Shown: positions 49,817 to 59,817, counted from the stretch's first letter. The stretch: 64,000 bases of DNA from Alphaproteobacteria bacterium (GCA_965262615.1 OZ253545.1:768001-832000), one strand, 5' to 3'. Made by a program: numbers and translations. Notes: generated from the letters alone by a model not told the origin.

Positions 49817-50867
49817 AGCGTTTGGCTTGCCAGCTTGTTTTCAGCAACAGATGATGCAACACAATATGCCCCCATGAGGGCGAGTGGCTTTTGAGTTGTT
49901 CTTCAAGGGCGAGCCATTCTGTCATCACGGCGGTGAGGGTGTCATTGTCCCATAGCTGCCATGTGCGCCTGAAGGCTGCTTTTTGTTTGAAAAAAACGGG
50001 GGGTTTGATGGATGACAGTGCCTCCTCCAAACTCATGCCGTCCGCCATCAAATGATAGCCATCCTGCAGACGGCGCAGATGATAGAGCACAAGGCGCACC
50101 AGCTGAATATGGTCATCGTGCGGCACATGATGCACCCGCACATCCTTCCACTGTCCCAGCATGATGGCATGAGGCAATCGCTCCAAAGACGAAGGAACGC
50201 CATGATGAACCGACAGACACGCCACCACATCGCTTTCGCTCACCTCTTTGGTGTCGTGAGCATAGAGCATCACCATATCTAAAAATCCTAAGAGGTCATC
50301 GCGATTGTCGCTTTTGAGTGCCAGCAATTGACGAGAAGCATCAGGATGAATCGTTTTATCATGTTTTGCGGCGTGTTCTCGCAAGAGGTCGGAGAGGGTG
50401 CGCTCGGAATCTTCGTAACAACCGATGGCGATGAGGTTTTTTTTGTCTTTTTCAAACAGTTGGCGAAGAGGCGAGCGCGGCGCAAGGGCATCGGCTTTGA
50501 CAATCACAGGATGCAGCATATGAGGCAACGCTTTGCGAATGGCTTGAGCCGTGGGACTGTCGGCATCATGAGCGGCATCAATCATGACAAGGCGGGCGTC
50601 CCCAAAAAGTGATGGCATGGCACTTTCCATCTCCAGCCATGCGGCAAGGTCATCCACTTCAGCCGCGCGGCATGAAACAAAGCGCATGGGATCGCTCGTA
50701 ACTTCTTGCAGAGCATCCCGTGACGGCAGTGACAATTGATGCATCGCCCATTCATCACAGCAGCTGCGCGCCAATCCGTGATTGACGCCAAACGCCAACA
50801 AGGATTTCACCTCGCCCGCTGCGGTGCGACGGCAATGGTCGCGCAATTGGTAGGATTTCACTTGCAT
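49785..50867 (-). CDS. holA: DNA polymerase III subunit delta
   Basis: SLFG..RLV, SPLRQLFE, CYED and PPVFFK; downstream of lptE. Confidence 0.8.
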   Translation of the reverse strand: MQVKSYQLRDHCRRTAAGEVKSLLAFGVNHGLARSCCDEWAMHQLSLPSRDALQEVTSDPMRFVSCRAAEVDDLAAWLEMESAMPSLFGDARLVMIDAAHDADSPTAQAIRKALPHMLHPVIVKADALAPRSPLRQLFEKDKKNLIAIGCYEDSERTLSDLLREHAAKHDKTIHPDASRQLLALKSDNRDDLLGFLDMVMLYAHDTKEVSESDVVACLSVHHGVPSSLERLPHAIMLGQWKDVRVHHVPHDDHIQLVRLVLYHLRRLQDGYHLMADGMSLEEALSSIKPPVFFKQKAAFRRTWQLWDNDTLTAVMTEWLALEEQLKSHSPSWGHIVLHHLLLKTSWQAKRFRRSRSARSY

Positions 50868-51337
50868 CAGATGGGATCAATGGTGTGAAGCAATTGCATG
50901 GTGATGCGACTGGCAAGGATGGTCAATAGGTGTTCTCGCAATCGCTGTTTTGCGTGAGAGTCGGCATAGCTGGTGCTGCCAATGCGATAGGTGGCACTCT
51001 CATGCAGCTGGCGTTTGATGACGATGCGTGTTCCTTGGCGCAAAACCACATCGGCAGAGATGATTAATTCACTGCCACGCGCCGATGTGTTGGGCTGAAT
51101 GAATAGTGACTGTGACCTCTCACGCAAAGAAATATCCAACCGATAGGGGGCATCGGGGTGAATGTTGAGTTGCCGATCCAATTGCCCTGCCAAAAAAAGA
51201 TGATGGTCATCATTGTTGGGTGTGAGGGCGATGACCACATTCTTTTTGCGCAATGAATCGCCATAGAGGGGTGTCAGGCTGCAGCCAGCCATCACCAGCG
51301 AAGGCAACAGGACAATCAGTGAGCGGATGACAGGCAT
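50867..51337 (-). CDS. lptE: LPS assembly lipoprotein LptE-like
   Basis: Lipobox MAGC followed by PLYG; position upstream of holA. Confidence 0.7.
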   Translation of the reverse strand: MPVIRSLIVLLPSLVMAGCSLTPLYGDSLRKKNVVIALTPNNDDHHLFLAGQLDRQLNIHPDAPYRLDISLRERSQSLFIQPNTSARGSELIISADVVLRQGTRIVIKRQLHESATYRIGSTSYADSHAKQRLREHLLTILASRITMQLLHTIDPI

Positions 51338-51969
51338 TGTTTCATAAATTGTTGTGCCCGCACAATGATGGCATCATTGATGCCATGACCAAGACCGTGT
51401 TCCAACAGACTGGCAACCGCAATCCCACTGGCTTTGAGCTGAGATTCGGCATCATGCATATGGGTGTAGGCAATGAGGGGGTCGTCACTGCCATGGGTCA
51501 GCAAAACAGGTGGATAGTGGGGCATGGGCGGTGGTGGCTCTGCCAAAATGGACGAAAAACTCATAATCCCCGCCACAGGTGATGCACGCCGCAGGCCCAC
51601 ATGCAATGCCAACATTCCTCCTTGGGAAAAACCGCTCACAATCAAATCGGAGGCATTCAGCTCATAATAGGTGAGCAATTCGTCAAGGTATTGATTGACC
51701 AGCGGCGCACTTGCCGTGAGCAATGACACAATGGCACTGGGTTCTAATCCTTGCGTGAGACTAAACCATTGCCTGCCCATTCCGCCTTCATGAGGGTGTG
51801 GCGCATCAGGAGAGACAAACAGGGTATCGGGAAAATGACGCTGCCAAAAAGTCACTAACCCCAGCAAGTCGTTGCCGTCAGCTCCATAGCCGTGCAACAG
51901 CACCACCAGCGAGCGCGGACGGCTCAAGGAGGAAGGCGCATGGTGGGTGACAAGAGAAAATGATGACAT
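51316..51969 (-). CDS. Alpha/beta hydrolase (phospholipase/carboxylesterase)
   Basis: LHGYGADG, GFSQG, HGSDD and GHGI. Confidence 0.88.
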   Translation of the reverse strand: MSSFSLVTHHAPSSLSRPRSLVVLLHGYGADGNDLLGLVTFWQRHFPDTLFVSPDAPHPHEGGMGRQWFSLTQGLEPSAIVSLLTASAPLVNQYLDELLTYYELNASDLIVSGFSQGGMLALHVGLRRASPVAGIMSFSSILAEPPPPMPHYPPVLLTHGSDDPLIAYTHMHDAESQLKASGIAVASLLEHGLGHGINDAIIVRAQQFMKQCLSSAH

Positions 51970-52033
51970 GGTCTTTTGCTTACCTTGCTTTATCATACGC
52001 AAATGATTATGTCATCTATCAGGAGGCAAAAGG

Positions 52034-52405
52034 ATGGAATCATTACAGATGTATCATAATCCCAATTGCGGGACATCTCGGGGCATTTTGGCACACCTGC
52101 GAGCGCGTGGCATTGAGCCCACCATTGTGCTGTACATGAATGACCCTCCCAGCAAAGAGACACTGCTTTCACTGCTCGCCAAGATGGATGAGGTGCGTCC
52201 CGCCCATGCCATTTTGCGCCGCCGTGAAAAGCTCTGTAGCGAGATGGGGCTGGAGGGCGATGATGTCAGTGAGGAGGCGTTGATTGAGGCAATGGTGGGC
52301 AATCCAGTATTGATTCAGCGTCCCATTTTGATCAAGGGGGATCGCGCCGTGCTGGCGCGTCAAGCCGAAGTGGTGGATGACTTTTTGGATGAGGTGCTGG
52401 AATGA
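52034..52405 (+). CDS. arsC: ArsC/Spx family reductase
   Basis: YHNPNCGTSR and P.LIQRPI. Confidence 0.82.
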   Translation: MESLQMYHNPNCGTSRGILAHLRARGIEPTIVLYMNDPPSKETLLSLLAKMDEVRPAHAILRRREKLCSEMGLEGDDVSEEALIEAMVGNPVLIQRPILIKGDRAVLARQAEVVDDFLDEVLE

Positions 52406-53046
52406 ACAAAACCGAACGCCGCATTGCCGCCAAGAAGCGCAAAGCCGATGCGGCGCGCGGGATTGCTCCGCAACGCTCTTCTGAGACGCGCTTGCCGCCG
52501 GGGCAGCATCTGGTGGCGCAATTTCCCGTCTTGGATTTAGGTATTCAGCCCGCCATTGATACCGCACAGTGGCGATTGACCGTGCATGGCTTGGTGGCAC
52601 AGCCATTGGATTTGGACTGGCAGTCGTTTCATCGGTTGCCGCAAGAAGAGTTTGTGTCGGACATTCACTGTGTGACCAGTTGGTCGCGTTTTGACAATCA
52701 TTGGCGCGGCGTGGCGGTGCGTCATCTGTTGGAGTCGCTGCGTCCCATGCCTGAGGCGCGCTTTGTCTTCATTCGCTCCTCTGACAACTACACCACCAAC
52801 ATGCCCCTTGCTGACTTTGCTCACGAGCAGTGCTTGCTGGCGACTCACTGGGAAGGCAAGCCTCTCACCCGTGAGCACGGTGCACCGGTGCGTCTCATTG
52901 TGCCTCACTTATATTTGTGGAAAAGTGCCAAGTGGATCAAAGAGATCATTCTTGCCGACACCAATGAGCGCGGATTTTGGGAGCAAAACGGCTATCACAA
53001 CGATGCCAACCCGTGGGACGAACAACGATATGCGTGGCAGGAGTGA
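52402..53046 (+). CDS. Sulfite oxidase-like molybdopterin oxidoreductase
   Basis: LPPGQH, DIHCVT.WS, EHG.P.RL..P..Y.WKSAKW and GFWE.NGYH. Confidence 0.88.
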   Translation: MNKTERRIAAKKRKADAARGIAPQRSSETRLPPGQHLVAQFPVLDLGIQPAIDTAQWRLTVHGLVAQPLDLDWQSFHRLPQEEFVSDIHCVTSWSRFDNHWRGVAVRHLLESLRPMPEARFVFIRSSDNYTTNMPLADFAHEQCLLATHWEGKPLTREHGAPVRLIVPHLYLWKSAKWIKEIILADTNERGFWEQNGYHNDANPWDEQRYAWQE

Positions 53047-53055
53047 GAAGCGGTG

Positions 53056-54090
53056 TTACAGCTTCAGGTCGGTTTTGTCTTGCAGCTGACGGCGATATCG
53101 CGTTCGCTCTTTTTGAGGTGCGGGAATCAAGCCAATGTCTGTGGCAATGCCATCATCGCCAATGACATCATCCGACATGAAAAAGCGGGTGTATTCATCC
53201 AAGCCCGTGACCGTGCCCAAGTGTTGCCCCTTGACATAGATATACAAAGGACGAGCGATGGGCCAACCGCCGTCACTGATGGATTCAAAACTGGGCGACT
53301 GACCCCCCACCGTTGCCACCTGAATGCGATCACGATTTTGGTCGTAAAAGCTAAAGCCAAAGACTCCCATCGCACCCTTATTGCTTTGAATACGGGTGAG
53401 CGTCACGGTGTAATCGCCGTCAATGTCCACAGCGACCCCGTCTTTGCGGATGCGTTTGCAAAAAGACTTGAAGGCTTTGGCATCACCGCCCACCAAGTCC
53501 TTGAGCCCCGCCACTTCCTTGCAGCCGCCTCCCATGACGATGGTTTCAAACACATCGCGCGTACCGTGTTTCTCACCGGGAATGAAGGCAAGAATTGTGG
53601 TGTCTGGATAGGCGGGATTGATGTCGCTCCATCGCTCAAAGGGGTTGTCTACCAGCGTGTCATTCACAGGAACTTGCGCCGCCAAAGCCAAGAAAAGATC
53701 TCTAAGAGAGACATCCATAGGCGGCACGGATATATCACTGGCAAACACAATGCCGTCATAGCCGATGCTGAGCTCAATGACCTGCACGCCGTTGGCGTTA
53801 CATGTCTCCAGTTCCTTTTTCTTCATGCGGCGCGAGGCATTGGCGACATCAATGGTGTCAGTTCCCACACCCTGACAGAACAATTTGAGTCCCGCCGAAC
53901 TGCCTCCCGATTCCACCACAGGGGTTTTGAAGTTTGGATACCGCCGCTTGAAGCCCTCCGCCGCCGCCGCAGCGAAAGGCAAAACGGTGGATGAACCCGC
54001 CACACTGACATAATCACGAGCATGAGCATTCGTGAGAGGCAGTGTAAGCATCCCCAAGCATAGCAGGGTCAGCAGGGTTGTTTTTTTCAT
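53056..54090 (-). CDS. pstS: Phosphate ABC transporter substrate-binding protein (PstS family)
   Basis: GSSTVLPF, ESGGSSAG, NASRR, GTRD.F and RPLYIY.K. Confidence 0.88.
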   Translation of the reverse strand: MKKTTLLTLLCLGMLTLPLTNAHARDYVSVAGSSTVLPFAAAAAEGFKRRYPNFKTPVVESGGSSAGLKLFCQGVGTDTIDVANASRRMKKKELETCNANGVQVIELSIGYDGIVFASDISVPPMDVSLRDLFLALAAQVPVNDTLVDNPFERWSDINPAYPDTTILAFIPGEKHGTRDVFETIVMGGGCKEVAGLKDLVGGDAKAFKSFCKRIRKDGVAVDIDGDYTVTLTRIQSNKGAMGVFGFSFYDQNRDRIQVATVGGQSPSFESISDGGWPIARPLYIYVKGQHLGTVTGLDEYTRFFMSDDVIGDDGIATDIGLIPAPQKERTRYRRQLQDKTDLKL

Positions 54091-54117
54091 GGTTAGGTCT
54101 CCTCTGTTAGGGGGTGG

Positions 54118-55344
54118 TTAAAAAGCAAACTGCAGGCGCATTTGCACACCATAGGGCTCATCGGTGCTGTCGCATCCGCACAGCTGTGCGCTGCGCCACG
54201 CTTGCGCCCATTCGGTCATGACGCGAATGTTTTTGACGGGCATCCATATCGCACCGACAGTGACGGCTCGAAATGTGCCTCTGTCAAAGTCGCTGAAAAA
54301 CATCTGATTCCAACGAACACCAACGCCAAACGCACCATAGCCGCCCGATTGAATGTCACGCTTCGGACTCACCCCTTTGGGGATGCCCTTTTTGACATCA
54401 AACTTGTTGTGCTCTCCGGTGAGCCAATAGTTGGCTTGCAGATAAAATCCCATGACGGTGTTGTCATCCCGACTGGAGCTGTTGTTATACCTCACTTGGG
54501 ACAACAGGAATTCGCTCTGCATGGCGAATGATTGATAGCCCACAGCAATCTCGGGGCTAAAATCAATGCGGGCATCGGCATCGGTGGCTTTGACACTGTA
54601 GGTCTTATTGTGAAAGACCGCCTTGGTGAAGGGAGCTCTCGATTCATAAGCCACATCGCCATGACGGTTGTGCACATAATGAACGCTGCCGCCCACATGA
54701 AGATACATGTCATCGTCCATAATGGGCGCAAAGGTGAGCCGAGCCGCCACACCAAAATCGGTGTCATGAGTCTCCTCAAAGGCGGCATTCGCCCCCTTGA
54801 TGGTATCCCCATGCACACCAAAGCCAACCTGACCCATCTTAAACCGATAGTAAATGTTGGCGCCATAGTAACGCGACTCTGGAATCACAACACGCTCCAT
54901 AAAGGGTAGGTTGTTGGAGCTGGAAGGCGGCAACAGTCCAAACGGCGGCTTGTCATGTCCCACCCGCACAATCACATTCTTGATTCCGTTATAATCAAGA
55001 TAGAAACCTTTCATGGAAACACCATTGTCGGAGAAGTCTATGACAGATTTATAGGCAAAGTCCTTGAGGATTTTGCCAGAGAATCCAAAACGGGCTCTGC
55101 GAAACGCTGTTCCAGTATTGCCTTTGACGAATTGGGGATTGCTGTCATCGTCAGCATCAAACAGCGTATCCATATGAAACCGCCCTGAGAGGCGGACCGA
55201 CCAATCTCGGCAGGAGATGGATATTTTGTCCTCATCATAGTCACACTCGGCGAGACTTGCTGCGTGAGCGGGCGCATCAAAAGAGAGCAAAAGGCTTGCG
55301 CCCAATAGTCCTCCCATGATGGTGTTTGGGTTTTTTTTCAACAT
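54118..55344 (-). CDS. OprO/OprP-type phosphate-selective porin
   Basis: FRRARFG..G, FMER, Y.Q..YWLTGE and terminal F; adjacent to pstS. Confidence 0.8.
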   Translation of the reverse strand: MLKKNPNTIMGGLLGASLLLSFDAPAHAASLAECDYDEDKISISCRDWSVRLSGRFHMDTLFDADDDSNPQFVKGNTGTAFRRARFGFSGKILKDFAYKSVIDFSDNGVSMKGFYLDYNGIKNVIVRVGHDKPPFGLLPPSSSNNLPFMERVVIPESRYYGANIYYRFKMGQVGFGVHGDTIKGANAAFEETHDTDFGVAARLTFAPIMDDDMYLHVGGSVHYVHNRHGDVAYESRAPFTKAVFHNKTYSVKATDADARIDFSPEIAVGYQSFAMQSEFLLSQVRYNNSSSRDDNTVMGFYLQANYWLTGEHNKFDVKKGIPKGVSPKRDIQSGGYGAFGVGVRWNQMFFSDFDRGTFRAVTVGAIWMPVKNIRVMTEWAQAWRSAQLCGCDSTDEPYGVQMRLQFAF

Positions 55345-55374
55345 AAGAGCCTCCTTGTTGGTTGAAAAAAACTC

Positions 55375-55416
55375 AAAAAAAAGACCCGATACCTAAAAGG
55401 TAACGGGTCTTTTTTT
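55375..55416. terminator. Rho-independent (probably bidirectional) terminator between the two porin genes
   Basis: A8-GACCCGATACC-TAAAA-GGTAACGGGTC-T7 hairpin. Confidence 0.75.
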
Positions 55417-55440
55417 AAGTGTTCATAACTGGCAATTCAC

Positions 55441-57135
55441 CTACCAACCGACTTGCGCTCGGAACTGAATTCCGTATGGAGCTTGCCGATTTCCATCGGC
55501 TTCCACGACCCATGCCCTGACGAATTCGGTAACGAATTTGGTGTAAGCATTGGGAAGCCAAGTCATATTGATGGTGAGTCCTTCATGTCTTCCAAAGTTA
55601 GCGAATCCATCAGACAGGTCAGCATATTGATATCTGAGTCCGAATCCGATAGCCCCTGACCCTCTTCCTGATCCGAGGAATTCATTGCGAGGCTTGATTC
55701 GTCCAAAGGTAGCACTTTGATCATCGTATTGATTAATCTCACCCGTGAGCCAATAGTTCACTTGGGCATACCAAAGGTGCATTGTGGAATCAAGTTTAAT
55801 TCCATCACTTCCGACAATGGTTGGTCTGAGCAGTGTGTATTCTGCTTGGAAAGCGAGGGGTCCCATGACGAGAGCGGCTTCAGGATTGATAGCGTAGAAC
55901 TCCTCATTGAGGTACTCTTGACTGACATGCGTCTGATAGTCCACGGCAAGGAGTGGCTGGCTTAAAGTTGCTGAGAATGGCGCACCGATTCCGAGGATAG
56001 GATTTGTCTTGGACTGGGCATTATTGAAGTTAGCATAACGACCACTGAATCCAAGGTGGAGAAGGGAGCGATTGCTCAGTTCGAAGGAACTGGTGAAACG
56101 ACCTGTGATTCCCACATCGCCTTGAGCATTGGCGGACTCCTTGGTGTCATCGCTTCCTTCCAGCCCTCCGATATGGACAGCACCGGCAACGGTGTTGCCT
56201 CGTTGGGCGACACGCGCCATGACGGCAAAGCGAGTGATATCATAGAATCCTGGGCGTTCCATGAAGTATTCATTTCCATGGGGAGCGGTTTGTTCCAATC
56301 CAAAGGGGAGTTTCATTAAACCAACCTGCATGATGGCACTATCAAACCCTTGATAACGGACATAGGCATCATGGAGTCCGGCTTTGGTTCTGTGGTCGGA
56401 ATATTCTTCCGATGCGGCGAAGATTCCTTTGAGTTCATAGGCCCAGTCCCTGCTGTAAGTTCCTTGCACACCGAGATAGGCACGATTGATATCGGCATAG
56501 GAGCTGGAGATACCTTCTTGAACCGAATTGAGGAAGACGGCATCAACTTGGATAAGTCCGTTGAGGGACAGTGTCCAGTTGCCACAATCCAGCGTGACCA
56601 ATCCTGTTTCCAGAGCGGCACTGCTCACGACCGCACAGCCAGAAACGCTTCCAGAGCCGAAGTCATCGTAGGATTCGGCGAAAGTTCCGTAATCCTCAAA
56701 ACCTTCATCTTCCATGACCTCAGGCTCTTCCTCTTCTGTGAACATATCCAAGAAACCGTAATCTTGAAAATCCTGCATGGGTTCTTCTTCAACAACCTCC
56801 ATGACGGGCTCCTGATCGTAGCTGTCATAGTCATCGAATTCTTCTTCCTCAAACTCTTCATAGTCAATGTCGGAGACATCAACTTCCTCTTCAAGATCGA
56901 CATCATCGTAGCCTTCCTCAAATTGGTATTCATCGAAGACTTCAACGATTTCTTCCTCTTCTTCGTAATAGAGAGGTTCTTCTTCGTAGAAGAAGGTTTC
57001 TTCTTCCTCTTCGAATTCAAATTCTTCGTCAAAGAACCCGCTGTCCGCGCGTGCGGATTGGGGTGAAACCTGGGAAAGCAGCAAGGAGAAGCCGATAATA
57101 ATTCCCAATGGGATTGAATGCCTCAGAACAAACAT
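55441..57135 (-). CDS. OprO/OprP-type porin with a long acidic N-terminal extension
   Basis: Signal peptide ending ARA, ~129-aa D/E-rich tract, then RAYLG..G, FMER, WY.QVNYWLTGE and terminal W. AGGGAG RBS before the ATG at 57135. Confidence 0.78.
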   Translation of the reverse strand: MFVLRHSIPLGIIIGFSLLLSQVSPQSARADSGFFDEEFEFEEEEETFFYEEEPLYYEEEEEIVEVFDEYQFEEGYDDVDLEEEVDVSDIDYEEFEEEEFDDYDSYDQEPVMEVVEEEPMQDFQDYGFLDMFTEEEEPEVMEDEGFEDYGTFAESYDDFGSGSVSGCAVVSSAALETGLVTLDCGNWTLSLNGLIQVDAVFLNSVQEGISSSYADINRAYLGVQGTYSRDWAYELKGIFAASEEYSDHRTKAGLHDAYVRYQGFDSAIMQVGLMKLPFGLEQTAPHGNEYFMERPGFYDITRFAVMARVAQRGNTVAGAVHIGGLEGSDDTKESANAQGDVGITGRFTSSFELSNRSLLHLGFSGRYANFNNAQSKTNPILGIGAPFSATLSQPLLAVDYQTHVSQEYLNEEFYAINPEAALVMGPLAFQAEYTLLRPTIVGSDGIKLDSTMHLWYAQVNYWLTGEINQYDDQSATFGRIKPRNEFLGSGRGSGAIGFGLRYQYADLSDGFANFGRHEGLTINMTWLPNAYTKFVTEFVRAWVVEADGNRQAPYGIQFRAQVGW

Positions 57136-57395
57136 GAATATACTCCCTCTATCGTTCGTGAAAGAACACTTATATTGCGTTATGGTGTGACTTCGCCGCC
57201 TGACCGATGTCTCGCCCATTGATTGCGATGAAGCCATCAAGGACAGTTTATCGCACATAATCATAATGATTGCAAGAGTGATAAAGTGGAAAATTAATAA
57301 ATAATTCATGAAGACAGGTGGTGGTTAGTTGCCTCTTTGGCGGATGTGTGTCAGCATTGGTGGCTCAATTGGGAGAGAAATTTTGGGAGTTGGGC

Positions 57396-57767
57396 ATGAG
57401 TCTATGGCGTGCATGGCGTGATTTTTGGCTTCGGCGAGCGGCGGTTCTGGTGTATGTGACCTCACCCACCAAGCAAGAAGCCGAGCATCTGGCGCGCAGC
57501 ACGGTGGAGGCACGATTGGCGGCGTGTGCCAATATTTATTCTATGAGGTCTGTGTATCATTGGCAGGGCAAGGTGGTGGATGACGAGGAATGGGCGTTGT
57601 GGCTGAAAACGCGCCGCTCAATGCGTCACGAATTGGTGAGGCATATCGTTGCCCATCATTCTTATGAGTGCCCCTGTGTGGTGATTGTTCCATTGTGGAT
57701 TGGACACATTCCATTCGCACAATGGATTATTGAAAGCACGGGGATTATTGAAAGCACAAGTCATTGA
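57396..57767 (+). CDS. cutA: Divalent-cation tolerance protein
   Basis: RLAACAN, SVYHWQG and HSYECP. Confidence 0.88.
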   Translation: MSLWRAWRDFWLRRAAVLVYVTSPTKQEAEHLARSTVEARLAACANIYSMRSVYHWQGKVVDDEEWALWLKTRRSMRHELVRHIVAHHSYECPCVVIVPLWIGHIPFAQWIIESTGIIESTSH

Positions 57768-57800
57768 CGATTTTTTTTTGTTCATTTATAAGAGGGCATC

Positions 57801-58502
57801 ATGATGGTCAAAAAAGACGAACCCAAGACAGCACAAAAGAAAACGCCAGCCAAAAAGAAGGCTGCCGCGCCGAATGTTGCTGTGCCGAATGTTGCTGTGC
57901 CCAAGACAAAAGCTGTGGCACGCAAGAAAACTGTCTCACCATCGGTCGCCGCAAAGAAGGTTAGTAAATCGGAAGTAAAGCCAGAAATAAAAATTGTCAA
58001 TGGACGCATGGTTCGTAAGGCGCGCCTGCCTCGTCAGGATAGTTACACATTGCGCGCGAGTGAGGTGAATCGTCAGTGGTGGATTGTGGATGCTCGCGGG
58101 TTGGTGCTGGGGCGCATGGCGGCGGTGATTTCGTCTGTGTTGCGCGGTAAGACCAAGCCCACCTATACGCCTCATATGGATGGCGGCGATGGCGTGATTG
58201 TGGTCAATGCGCGCGCTGTGGCATTGACGGGCAATAAGCGCGCCGGTAAGATTTATTATCGTCACACGGGCTATCCGGGTGGACTCAAGGAGCAACAGGC
58301 GGGAGCGATTTTGGATGGCAAGCATCCCGAGCGCGTGGTCACCCTTGCGGTCAAGCGCATGTTGGGACGAGGTCCCATGGCGCGCCAACGGCTGTCTCAT
58401 TTGAAGGTGTATGGAGGCGAGACCCATCCTCATGAGGGATTGCAGCCCAAGTCGCTGGATGTGGCGGCGATGAACAAGAAGAATGTGAGGCATGGATCAT
58501 GA
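57801..58502 (+). CDS. rplM: 50S ribosomal protein L13, with an apparent Lys/Ala-rich N-terminal extension
   Basis: W.IVDA...[16 protein letters not shown] and HTGYPGGLK. Start could alternatively be 58008. Confidence 0.93.
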   Translation: MMVKKDEPKTAQKKTPAKKKAAAPNVAVPNVAVPKTKAVARKKTVSPSVAAKKVSKSEVKPEIKIVNGRMVRKARLPRQDSYTLRASEVNRQWWIVDARGLVLGRMAAVISSVLRGKTKPTYTPHMDGGDGVIVVNARAVALTGNKRAGKIYYRHTGYPGGLKEQQAGAILDGKHPERVVTLAVKRMLGRGPMARQRLSHLKVYGGETHPHEGLQPKSLDVAAMNKKNVRHGS

Positions 58503-58966
58503 CCGAGACGGTGCAAGAGAAAAAAAGCGAGTCGGCTGAGGCAACACCCAAAGCCGCGCCGCCAATCAAGGACATGCCGCCCAGTGGTTTTTATGCCACC
58601 GGACGCCGCAAGGACGCGGTGGCGCGCGTGTGGCTACGCAAGGGCAAGGGAACGGTGACGGTCAATCATCGCTCTTTTGAGACTTATTTTGCCCGTCCTG
58701 TGTTGCGGATGGTGATTGCTCAGCCGCTGGAGCTGGTGGGGGTGACATCACACTATGATGTTTTTTGCACGGTGAAGGGCGGCGGTTTGTCGGGACAGGC
58801 GGGGGCGGTGCGTCATGGCATTGCTCGCGCCCTGGCGATGAGTGACGATGCCGCTCATTCTCAATTGCGCCGCAACGGATTTCTCACGCGCGATGCTCGC
58901 GTGGTGGAGCGCAAAAAATACGGCAGACACAAAGCGCGCCGTTCCCATCAATTCTCCAAACGCTAA
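58499..58966 (+). CDS. rpsI: 30S ribosomal protein S9
   Basis: [20 protein letters not shown] and QFSKR. Confidence 0.97.
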   Translation: MTETVQEKKSESAEATPKAAPPIKDMPPSGFYATGRRKDAVARVWLRKGKGTVTVNHRSFETYFARPVLRMVIAQPLELVGVTSHYDVFCTVKGGGLSGQAGAVRHGIARALAMSDDAAHSQLRRNGFLTRDARVVERKKYGRHKARRSHQFSKR

Positions 58967-58981
58967 TGGTGAATCACGCCT

Positions 58982-59308
58982 TCAGGGCGCGCTGTCGGAA
59001 AACAGACGAATCACCGCAACCCCCAAAACAATTAATGCGATGCCGATGAGTGCGGCATTGTCCAGCACTTCGTCAAACAGCAGCCATCCCATGACGCTGA
59101 TGAGAATGATGCCGATGGCACTCCACAGGGCATAGGCGATGCCGATGGGAATGGATTGTAGCGACAGGGTGAGAAAATAAAATGACACCCCATAACCCAC
59201 CATCACGATGGTGCTGGGAAGCCACTCAGTGAATTGATTGGTGTATTTGAGTGCCGATGTGGCAATCACTTCGGCAACGATGGCGACAAACAAATACATG
59301 TAATGCAT
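58982..59308 (-). CDS. SMR family efflux transporter (EmrE/Qac-like)
   Basis: AIVAEVIATSALK (conserved Glu), IP.GIAYALWS and four TM helices. Confidence 0.9.
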   Translation of the reverse strand: MHYMYLFVAIVAEVIATSALKYTNQFTEWLPSTIVMVGYGVSFYFLTLSLQSIPIGIAYALWSAIGIILISVMGWLLFDEVLDNAALIGIALIVLGVAVIRLFSDSAP

Positions 59309-59335
59309 GATGCCGTATCGTAATTGGAGCGATGA

Positions 59336-59448
59336 AAAATCACAAGAAGACTTATGATTTTATGGTGATTTTGTTTTGTTGCCAAAAATAAAAATCATAA
59401 GCAGACTTATGATTTTGATTTTGTTTTATTGCCAAAAACAAAAATCAT
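59336..59448. repeat. Tandem ~55-bp duplication, each unit containing an 11-4-11 palindrome
   Basis: AAAATCA(C/T)AAG-(A/C)AGA-CTTATGATTTT at 59336 and 59391, each followed by GATTTTGTTTT(G/A)TTGCCAAAAA. Confidence 0.75.
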
Positions 59449-59817
59449 CATAGTGGCACACAGGGTGATGGTGGCGGCATTGATGCCATCCCACACCTCT
59501 CGTGCAAATCCAAGAGGCACGAAGGGATTGTAAATGACGGCAAAAATCACCAGCACAGCCATGAGCCATTTTGTGGGGGCGGCGCGCGACTGTGTCATCA
59601 TGGATGACAGTCCATGCACAAGAATGACCATGTAGCCACAAATCATCCAACGGGTGAAAATATAGTAGCCATAGGGCAGACCCAACACATCCCCCAGCAT
59701 GGCGACCGAAAGAATGAAAATTGGCAACAGATGATTTGACCAGTGATTAAAAAAGAACACTTTTTTGGTGAGATGGTCACGAACGGCAATACGCCAAGAG
59801 TGTGAAGAAGGTGTCAT
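59407..59817 (-). CDS. Small membrane protein (DUF6804-like)
   Basis: LPYGYY...R, YNP..P and R..W..I pattern; hydrophobic. Confidence 0.6.
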   Translation of the reverse strand: MTPSSHSWRIAVRDHLTKKVFFFNHWSNHLLPIFILSVAMLGDVLGLPYGYYIFTRWMICGYMVILVHGLSSMMTQSRAAPTKWLMAVLVIFAVIYNPFVPLGFAREVWDGINAATITLCATMMIFVFGNKTKSKS

